Assembly: GCA_942493095.1 (NCBI GenBank)
Contig: OW818675.1
Location: 30,001-62,000, forward strand
Length of the DNA stretch: 32,000 nt
From: Candidatus Electronema halotolerans
Lineage (GTDB): Bacteria > Desulfobacterota > Desulfobulbia > Desulfobulbales > Desulfobulbaceae
Direction: 5' to 3'
Under the pieces are notes generated by a model. The model was not told the DNA's origin, ran no database searches, and saw nothing but the letters and a program-made list of their open reading frames with translations. The translations under genes and the position numbers were made by a program. Below are positions 1-6,744 of this stretch, piece by piece (the stretch's first letter is position 1; every line of letters begins with the position of its first letter).

Positions 1-1
1 C

Positions 2-313
2 ATGAGCATGGTGCCGGGCATCAGCAAGCTCAAGCAGCTCAAGGATGCGCCCCAGCCCAGCGAGAAGGAGCTGTTCAAGACTGAGGCCATCATCCTCTCC
101 ATGACGAAGAAGGAGCGGGCCAATTACAAAGTTATCAATGCCAGCCGCAGAATCCGCATTGCTGCCGGCTCCGGCACCACCGTGGCAGAGGTCAACCGGG
201 TGCTGAAAAGCTACACCATGATGCTCAAAATGATGAAAAAAATCAGTGGCAAAGCGGCAGTGGTCAAAGATGGCCAACGGCGTAAGCTGCCCAAAGGCCT
301 GCGTCGCCGCTGA
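2..313 (+). CDS. ffh: Signal recognition particle protein Ffh, C-terminal (M domain) fragment; 5' end is outside the window
   Basis: Translation has a Met-rich M-domain tail (KSYTMMLKMMKKISGK) and the typical SRP54 segment ILSMTKKERANYKVINASRRIRIAAGSGTTVAEVNRVLK. The ORF is open to the window edge. Confidence 0.85.
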   Translation: MSMVPGISKLKQLKDAPQPSEKELFKTEAIILSMTKKERANYKVINASRRIRIAAGSGTTVAEVNRVLKSYTMMLKMMKKISGKAAVVKDGQRRKLPKGLRRR

Positions 314-403
314 AAAACTACAACTCAGGGAACTGTTGATACCGACAAATACTCTGAGCCTGTCAAAAGGTGGCCTTTTCTGCTCTATAACAGGAGAAAG
401 AAC

Positions 404-1858
404 ATGAAATCCATAAAACTGACAAAAAAAGCAAACGTATTGATAGCTATAGCATTTCTTTGCATCAGCTTGGATGGGAACCACGAGTTGTATGGTGAAA
501 ACATGTTGCTCATGATTCCGCCTATTTTGGCAAAGAAAAAGGCAGAGGGGCCGTTGAGCGGATATTGGTATTACACCCATAATGGGTATGAACTGAATAT
601 GTCTCAAAATGGAGATCAATTAACTGCAACTTATACAAATTTAAGCAGCGATGCGACGTTCAATATAGGCGACCAAGCATTTTACGGAACGTTGAAAGAT
701 AATAATATTACTGGAAAAATAAGAAGCAGATTTCCTATTGAAATTAAAGAGGTATGCCCAAATAATTGGGAGATATGGGCTGATGTCAATATGACTCTTT
801 CTGATGATCTTCATGACATTCAAGGGCAATATAAAACATATACAATATATTCATCAGATTGCCACGTAGAAGATGGAGATTGGCAGCCGATAAATGTTAC
901 AAGAACATTTACCCCTATTCTTAGTCCTGCAAAAGCTATTGAAGTAAAAATTACAGGAGAGCCATCTGCTGTGATTATTCGAACTAAAGATCAAAAAATT
1001 GGAGCAATACTTAATGGTGAGCAAGATTCATCAGGGAATTTAAAACAAGTAACTGATATCACATATTTCAATACTGAAAACAATAATATTAATGATGTTG
1101 TTCATCTTCATATTGATCCTATCGAAAAAACATTAAAATTTGTTTCTCCGGATGGAAAATTTGTTGTAATTGATAATTACAATCCTGTTTCAAAAACAGT
1201 AACCAAAAAAACTGGTGATATAGATACTGATGGGACAGAACATGTTACTTCAACGGAAGAAAACATTAAGGTTGATGATACATACAACGATATTGTAAAT
1301 CCTGATGATACAGTATCAAATATTTTTGAAGGTTTGAATAAAGTATGGAATGGCCTTCAATTATTAGGTAAAAAAATGTTTCCTCCATGGATTAGCTGGG
1401 TCTTTACAGTCAAACCAGATATATCTCAAGAAGACAGGTGCATAATTGACAATGTGTCTGGGCTTGTCAATCTACTTAATATGACTAAAAATATAACAGG
1501 ATGGATACACTCTATTTTTATCTTGAAAGAAACTCCTGTTTTGTCTTTCATCAAGACATTAGTTGAGAACGTTGAGAAATTATTTAGCTTTGGCCAAGAT
1601 GATGGCGCAGACAAAGTTTTTAAAACATGTGGAGCGGGTGTAGTATGTTGCTACCAACTTCAAGAGTTATGCAGAAAATATGGAGATGAAATTTACTCCA
1701 CACAATGCACTTGCACAATACTTACTTATGATGAAGTAAAAAAAATACAAATTATGCAAGAATGCGAGTCAATAGGAGGAGTGTCTGAATCTGTGGGCGA
1801 TTTTGTATGGTGCAAACAGTGGGATTTAGAGCCTCCATCCAAATGCGAAAATCCGTGA
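404..1858 (+). CDS. Hypothetical exported or membrane-anchored protein, 484 aa, Cys-rich C-terminus, strongly AT-rich gene
   Basis: Long ORF with RBS aggagaa 6 nt upstream of the ATG. It has an N-terminal hydrophobic helix (VLIAIAFLCISL) and 9 Cys in the last ~80 residues. I recognise no domain. Codon usage and GC differ clearly from the flanking genes. Confidence 0.6.
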   Translation: MKSIKLTKKANVLIAIAFLCISLDGNHELYGENMLLMIPPILAKKKAEGPLSGYWYYTHNGYELNMSQNGDQLTATYTNLSSDATFNIGDQAFYGTLKDNNITGKIRSRFPIEIKEVCPNNWEIWADVNMTLSDDLHDIQGQYKTYTIYSSDCHVEDGDWQPINVTRTFTPILSPAKAIEVKITGEPSAVIIRTKDQKIGAILNGEQDSSGNLKQVTDITYFNTENNNINDVVHLHIDPIEKTLKFVSPDGKFVVIDNYNPVSKTVTKKTGDIDTDGTEHVTSTEENIKVDDTYNDIVNPDDTVSNIFEGLNKVWNGLQLLGKKMFPPWISWVFTVKPDISQEDRCIIDNVSGLVNLLNMTKNITGWIHSIFILKETPVLSFIKTLVENVEKLFSFGQDDGADKVFKTCGAGVVCCYQLQELCRKYGDEIYSTQCTCTILTYDEVKKIQIMQECESIGGVSESVGDFVWCKQWDLEPPSKCENP

Positions 1859-1963
1859 CAGAATAATAATTACAGATAGTTGACAGGCGACAAGCCCTCC
1901 CTAATGGAGGACTATCCACTATATCATTACCGGAACATCTTATTCACAGGAGACAAGAAAAAA

Positions 1964-2227
1964 ATGGCAGTACGAATCCGCCTGACCAGAAAAGGCCGTA
2001 AAAAACATCCGTTCTACCGTATTGTGGTTGCAGATTCTCATTCCAGCCGCGACGGCAAATTTTTGGACATCGTCGGCACCTATGATCCCATGCAGGAGCC
2101 TGCCGCTGTCCGTTTGGATGAAAGCAAGCTGGCTGACTGGATGGGCAAGGGCGCGCTGCCTTCGCAGACCGTGCAGACCCTGATCGACCGGCAGCGGAAG
2201 ATGGCTGCCGCTGCGCCAGAGGCTTGA
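1964..2227 (+). CDS. rpsP: 30S ribosomal protein S16
   Basis: MAVRIRLTRKGRKKHPFYRIVVADSHSSRDGKFLDIVGTYDP is canonical S16. The ATG at 1964 follows aggaga; the upstream in-frame extension from 1880 is unlikely. Confidence 0.95.
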   Translation: MAVRIRLTRKGRKKHPFYRIVVADSHSSRDGKFLDIVGTYDPMQEPAAVRLDESKLADWMGKGALPSQTVQTLIDRQRKMAAAAPEA

Positions 2228-2237
2228 GCACAGTCTC

Positions 2238-2471
2238 ATGCAGGAACTGGTATCCTTTATCGCCGCCCGGCTGGTGGATGCGCCGGAGCACGTCGCCGTT
2301 TCAGAACGGGCAGGCGAGGACGGGGCAGTGACCGTGGAGCTGCGGGTGGCCAAGGACGACCTTGGCAAGATCATTGGCAAGCAGGGCCGCACGGCCCGCT
2401 CCATCCGCACCGTTTTAGCGGCGGCGGCGGAAAAGCAGGACAAACGCTGCCGTCTTGAGATTATTGAATGA
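2238..2471 (+). CDS. KH-domain RNA-binding protein (YlqC/UPF0109 family)
   Basis: 77 aa with the KH GXXG motif in LGKIIGKQGRTARSIRTVL. It holds the conserved position between rpsP and rimM. Confidence 0.85.
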   Translation: MQELVSFIAARLVDAPEHVAVSERAGEDGAVTVELRVAKDDLGKIIGKQGRTARSIRTVLAAAAEKQDKRCRLEIIE

Positions 2472-3001
2472 GCCAGGCCGGGATTAAGGACTTAGTCCTG
2501 ATTGGCAGGGTCACAGGTGCTCATGCCCTCCGGGGCGAGGTGAAAATCCGTCCTTATTCCGGTGAGCCAGAAAACCTGCGTTCATATTCCTGTCTGCTCT
2601 TGGCCAAGGACGGCGATGCTGCGCCAGTGCCGCATAAAGTCATCCAAGTCAGGATACAGAAAGACTGCGCCTTGGTCCAGTTGGAAGACTGCCGCAGCCG
2701 CACTGAGGCCGAGCAGTTCGCTCGTGCGGCTGTTTATGTGGAGCGGGATGCGCTGCCAGAGCCGGAGGAGGATGAATTTTATCTGTATGATCTGACTGGC
2801 AGGCAGATGAAGACGGCAGAAGGCCAGCTCATCGGCACCATTGCCGGACTGCTTTTAGGCGGCAGCCAAGACATTGCTCAAGTAAAAAGCACAGACGGAC
2901 AAGAATACCTGATTCCCTTGGTGCCGGAATTCATCGTTGCTGTGGAAACTGAGGAAGTGATTGTCTCCTTGCCGCCTGGCCTGCTGGAGATTAACGCCTG
3001 A
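2468..3001 (+). CDS. rimM: 16S rRNA processing protein RimM
   Basis: N-terminal LIGRVTGAHALRGEVKIRPYSGEPENL and C-terminal PRC-barrel-like IPLVPEFIVAVE. It has a 4-nt overlap with the KH gene and lies in conserved synteny. Confidence 0.9.
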   Translation: MSQAGIKDLVLIGRVTGAHALRGEVKIRPYSGEPENLRSYSCLLLAKDGDAAPVPHKVIQVRIQKDCALVQLEDCRSRTEAEQFARAAVYVERDALPEPEEDEFYLYDLTGRQMKTAEGQLIGTIAGLLLGGSQDIAQVKSTDGQEYLIPLVPEFIVAVETEEVIVSLPPGLLEINA

Positions 3002-3007
3002 GCTGCT

Positions 3008-3769
3008 GTGCGTTTTGAGATTCTGACCATTTTTCCTGAGCTATTTGCCTCGCCTTTGCAAGAGGGCATCATCAGGCGGGCGGCGGAGGCGGGTCAGATT
3101 GAGGTCAGGCTGCACAATATTCGCGACTGGGCTGCGGACAAACATGCCATGACCGATGACCGCCCTTTTGGTGGCGGCGAGGGCATGGTCATGAAGCCGG
3201 AGCCGCTGGCAGCCTGTCTCTGTGATGTGCAGGCTGATGAGCCGGGCCGAGTAATTCTGCTTTCGCCCAGAGGCGCAGTCTATAAGCAGCAAACTGCGGA
3301 GCGGCTGGCTGGATTGAATAAATTAGTCTTGGTCTGCGGTCGCTACGAGGGCGTAGATGAGCGTTTCTGCCAATTGCATGTTGATGAGGAGCTGTCGCTT
3401 GGTGATTACATCCTCACTGGCGGCGAATTGGCGGCCTTAGTGATAATAGACTCCGTGACCAGACTCTTGCCAGGGGTGTTGGGCTGTGCTGACTCTGCGG
3501 CCAAGGACAGCTTCAGCCGCAGCCTGCTCAAGCATGGCCAATATACCAGACCGCGTGACTTTGCGGGCATGGCCGTGCCGGAAGTGCTTCTCAGCGGCGA
3601 TCATGCCCGGATTGAGGAATATCGCTTTTTGGAATCGGTGCGGCTGACCTTGGCGCGGCGGCCCGAACTGTTGCGGCAGGCATCGTTCTCGCCTGCTGAG
3701 GAAAAGCAGCTCAAACAAGCCGGACTTCATGGACAGGTGCAGCAGGCAAGAGCCGGGCATGACTGCTGA
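3008..3769 (+). CDS. trmD: tRNA (guanine37-N1)-methyltransferase TrmD
   Basis: MRFEILTIFPELF...DDRPFGGGEGMVMKPEP...VCGRYEGVDERF...SLGDYILTGGELAALVIIDSVTRLLPGVLG are hallmark TrmD motifs. The start codon is GTG. Confidence 0.95.
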   Translation: MRFEILTIFPELFASPLQEGIIRRAAEAGQIEVRLHNIRDWAADKHAMTDDRPFGGGEGMVMKPEPLAACLCDVQADEPGRVILLSPRGAVYKQQTAERLAGLNKLVLVCGRYEGVDERFCQLHVDEELSLGDYILTGGELAALVIIDSVTRLLPGVLGCADSAAKDSFSRSLLKHGQYTRPRDFAGMAVPEVLLSGDHARIEEYRFLESVRLTLARRPELLRQASFSPAEEKQLKQAGLHGQVQQARAGHDC

Positions 3770-4346
3770 GTTCCGCTTTGATCTGGCCCTGATCCATCAT
3801 CCGGTGGTCAACCGGGTCGGCGAGATCATTGGCTCGGCTGTCACCAACCTTGATCTGCACGACATTGCCAGAGCAGGCAAGACCTTTGGAGTGCGGAATT
3901 ATTGGGTCGTGACTCCGTACCCGCTCCAGCAGGAGCTGGCGGACAGCATTGTCCGGCACTGGACCGACGGCTACGGCGGCAGGGTCAACACAGATCGGGC
4001 CAAGGCGTTGTCGCTGATCAGGATCAGCCCCAGCCTTGAAGCCGTGCTGGATGCAATGACCGACCAGGACGGCTGCCGACCTAAGATCGTTGCCACCAGC
4101 GCGGCAGCACAGGAGAAACGCATCAGCTATGCCGAACTGCGGCAGGAGATTGTTGCCCGGCACCAGCCGGTGCTGCTCCTGCTTGGCACAGCTTGGGGAC
4201 TGGCCCCAGAGGTCATGGAGCTGGCCGAGGCAGTCCTGCCACCGATCCAAGGGCCGGGGCCGTTCAATCATCTCTCGGTGCGGTCAGCAGCATCAATCAT
4301 CTTGGACCGGCTGCTGGGCCGACGAGAACCAGCTGATCAGCTTTAA
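3759..4346 (+). CDS. Putative SAM-dependent RNA methyltransferase (SPOUT-like, DUF2168/Methyltrn_RNA_4-type) located between trmD and rplS
   Basis: ORF 3729-4346. The likely start is MTAEFRFDLALIHHPVVN at 3759, overlapping the trmD stop by 11 nt. I recall this family in this syntenic slot in delta-proteobacteria. The family assignment is from memory and was not searched. Confidence 0.55.
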   Translation: MTAEFRFDLALIHHPVVNRVGEIIGSAVTNLDLHDIARAGKTFGVRNYWVVTPYPLQQELADSIVRHWTDGYGGRVNTDRAKALSLIRISPSLEAVLDAMTDQDGCRPKIVATSAAAQEKRISYAELRQEIVARHQPVLLLLGTAWGLAPEVMELAEAVLPPIQGPGPFNHLSVRSAASIILDRLLGRREPADQL

Positions 4347-4424
4347 AAAACACAGTGTTGACGAATAATCAAGCAGGGATGGAAGTGGAGGCATCCTTCG
4401 GGCAACAACCCGTAAATACGAGCA

Positions 4425-4790
4425 ATGAACATTATTGACAGAATTGATCAAGAGCAGATGCGGTTCGACCATCCCGACTTCAGACCGGGCGACACGGTCA
4501 AGGTGCATATCCGCATCGTTGAAGGGGCTAAGGAGCGGGTGCAGATTTTCCAAGGCGTGGTCATCAAGCGGAAGCGGGGCATGATGAATGCTTCTTTCAC
4601 CGTGCGCAAGATTTCTCACGGCGGTGTGGGTGTGGAAAAAACCTTTGCCCTGCATTCGCCCCGGATTGACAAGGTTGAGGTGGTCACGCAAGGCCGGGTG
4701 CGCCGCTCCCGCCTTTACTATCTGCGCGATCTGCGGGGCAAAGCAGCCCGCATCAAGGAGCGGCAGCGGGCAATGCAGACCGCAGCCTGA
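4425..4790 (+). CDS. rplS: 50S ribosomal protein L19
   Basis: [13 protein letters not shown]...[32 protein letters not shown]...SFTVRK is canonical L19. Confidence 0.95.
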   Translation: MNIIDRIDQEQMRFDHPDFRPGDTVKVHIRIVEGAKERVQIFQGVVIKRKRGMMNASFTVRKISHGGVGVEKTFALHSPRIDKVEVVTQGRVRRSRLYYLRDLRGKAARIKERQRAMQTAA

Positions 4791-4823
4791 TTGCTGGACT
4801 GGCAAGCACGGTGCGGTGACAAG

Positions 4824-5525
4824 ATGCAAAGCGGCAGTCCAAGCACCGTGCTTCCTGATTTTCCCCTCCCGCCTGATGGCGGCACCTTTTTTTATGAGCA
4901 GTCGCTGCGGCGGCAGGGCTTATGCTCTCCTGCCGGGCTGGACGAAGCCGGGCGCGGCCCGCTGGCCGGGCCAGTGGTCGCAGGCTGCGTCAACCTTCCT
5001 GCCAATTGTGATTTTTCCCGCTACCAAGACTCCAAGAAGCTGACTGCCGCCCGCCGGGAACAGCTCCATGCGGAGCTGCGCGCTTCTGATGCGGTCATCG
5101 GGGTCGGCCTTGCCACTGCTGAAGAAATCGACCAGATCAACATCCTTCAAGCATCACTGTTAGCCATGCAGCGGGCTGTGGCTGACTGCGCCGTGCCGCC
5201 GGATTTTCTCCTTGTTGACGGCAAGTTCAAAGTCCCGCTGGCCCTGCCTCAGCTCACCTTGATTAAAGGCGAGTCAAAAAGTGCCTCCATTGCCGCCGCC
5301 TCGATTGTCGCCAAGGTGACACGTGATCAGCTCATGGCCGAATATCACGCTCAATATCCGCAGTACAATTTTCTCCAGCACAAAGGCTATCCCACCAAGG
5401 CCCACCGGGCCGCCCTTGCCAAGCACGGCCCCTCGCCCATCCATCGTAAGACCTTCAAGGGAGTGCGGGAAATTTGCCAGCTGCTTGCTCCAACTACTAT
5501 TCACTTGGATTCGCCGCAAAAATAG
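4824..5525 (+). CDS. rnhB: Ribonuclease HII
   Basis: GLDEAGRGPLAGPVVAGCV (DEAGRG catalytic motif), LLVDGKF, SASIAAASIVAKVTRD and HRKTFKGV. I prefer the ATG at 4824; a TTG at 4791 is also in frame. Confidence 0.9.
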   Translation: MQSGSPSTVLPDFPLPPDGGTFFYEQSLRRQGLCSPAGLDEAGRGPLAGPVVAGCVNLPANCDFSRYQDSKKLTAARREQLHAELRASDAVIGVGLATAEEIDQINILQASLLAMQRAVADCAVPPDFLLVDGKFKVPLALPQLTLIKGESKSASIAAASIVAKVTRDQLMAEYHAQYPQYNFLQHKGYPTKAHRAALAKHGPSPIHRKTFKGVREICQLLAPTTIHLDSPQK

Positions 5526-6744
5526 TCAGCATCAGTTCCGCATCGTCAATCAGCTTGTACACAGGCCGTTTTCCTGAAAGTTTTTCGCTTTCAGACAGGA
5601 TGATCGGCACCCCTTCTCCCCGTTTGTCCATCAAAAAGCTGCGAGTACCAAGCGAATGCGAAGACGGCATGGGACAACGGGCAAGCAGGCTGGTCAGCAG
5701 TTCGTTGCGGGCCGACTGCCGGAGCGGAAGGCTTTCAACCGTCATGGTGTTGGGAATCGTGCCGGGTGAAAAAATTTCAAGGCGGTCAGCAAAGAGATGC
5801 AGCCGGATTTTCGAGCCTTGAATTGAGTAATCCCGGTGCGCCACGGCGTTGACCACAGCCTCAAAAACAGCTTGTATCGAATACTGCGGCATATCCTGCC
5901 GGGCCGGTGTCTTGACCGCATGAACCTGCATGTTCCGTTCAACAAAGCTGCATGCTTGCGCAATTTGTCTGTCTAACGGCCCGGTAATATCTTGCGCATC
6001 TGTCTGATAGGCCGCATTTCTTTCGCTGCCCCGATAGGCGACTGCCTGAATAAAGGCATTGACGATGAACTGATGCGGCTCTCTGCTTGCCATCAGAATG
6101 CCACTGACGCTTGGACAAGTTCCACCATCTTCATCTTGGGTGAGCAGCTTGAGTTTCCGCAGAAATTCCTCATCGCTGGCAGGGGACAAAGGCGTTTTGA
6201 ATTTTTTCCACAGGCTTTTGTCAAGGCAGTCTGGCGACGCTTTGCTGACCGCCTGCTCATCAAACCGAATTATTCTGCTTTGACTGCGCTGTTGAAACAG
6301 GCGGGCCAGAATATCTGGTGTCATCTGACGCTTCGAGCTGCCAATCCGGTGAAAGTATCCGCCAGGGCTTTGATGAACATAAAGACTTTTCGGAACATCA
6401 ATCCGTATGACAACGCGCTCGCTGCCGTCATCAGCAATAAGAGAGATTTTCCGAATCCGACAGAAGAGCGGCGGCGTGATCAGGTCATTGCAGATGTCTC
6501 GGAGCCATGTTTCGACGCTATCGAGCTTGTCCTCTGGAATACCGACGATGGATTTGAATGAATCGTCAACTCCCAGAACAACAACGCCGCTGGCGGCATT
6601 GGCCATTGCAGCCAGCTCATCCGCCATGCTGTTGCGATGCGGCTCGCTGACCTTTTTTCCTTTATAGCGCAGGTCTTTCAATTCAAGCGAGGAGTCCTCG
6701 CCCAGCCTGATCTGCCGCAGCAGTTCATCTGTGGTGTCAAACAT
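5497..6744 (-). CDS. AlbA_2 (Schlafen-like) domain protein with C-terminal HATPase_c_4 (RecG-C-like) domain, 415 aa
   Basis: The N-terminus, GEDSSLELKDLRY...ELAAMANAASGVVVLGVDD, is the typical AlbA_2 signature. The C-terminus, EAVVNAVAHRDYSIQGSKIRLHLFADRLEIFSPG, is the typical HATPase_c_4 signature. Its start ATG overlaps the stop of the upstream gene (ATGTTTGA). Confidence 0.75.
   Translation of the reverse strand: MFDTTDELLRQIRLGEDSSLELKDLRYKGKKVSEPHRNSMADELAAMANAASGVVVLGVDDSFKSIVGIPEDKLDSVETWLRDICNDLITPPLFCRIRKISLIADDGSERVVIRIDVPKSLYVHQSPGGYFHRIGSSKRQMTPDILARLFQQRSQSRIIRFDEQAVSKASPDCLDKSLWKKFKTPLSPASDEEFLRKLKLLTQDEDGGTCPSVSGILMASREPHQFIVNAFIQAVAYRGSERNAAYQTDAQDITGPLDRQIAQACSFVERNMQVHAVKTPARQDMPQYSIQAVFEAVVNAVAHRDYSIQGSKIRLHLFADRLEIFSPGTIPNTMTVESLPLRQSARNELLTSLLARCPMPSSHSLGTRSFLMDKRGEGVPIILSESEKLSGKRPVYKLIDDAELMLTIFAANPSE

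Noticed and set aside
314-403. Terminator after ffh (AAAAGG-tgg-CCTTTT) and flanking 8-bp inverted repeat CCTGTCAA/TTGACAGG around the AT-rich ORFan as mobile-element ends
   Set aside because: The stem is AT-rich, only 6 bp long, and lacks a proper T tract. An 8-bp inverted match 1.5 kb apart is expected by chance, and the right copy is more simply a TTGACA -35 box.
3711-4829. Minus-strand ORFs (3711-4271 and 4293-4829) across the methyltransferase and rplS region
   Set aside because: They are antisense to conserved ribosomal-operon genes, making them typical high-GC shadow ORFs.
5992-6561. 189-aa plus-strand ORF inside the AlbA_2 gene
   Set aside because: It is antisense to a frame with clear AlbA_2 and HATPase_c_4 motifs, and it has no RBS.
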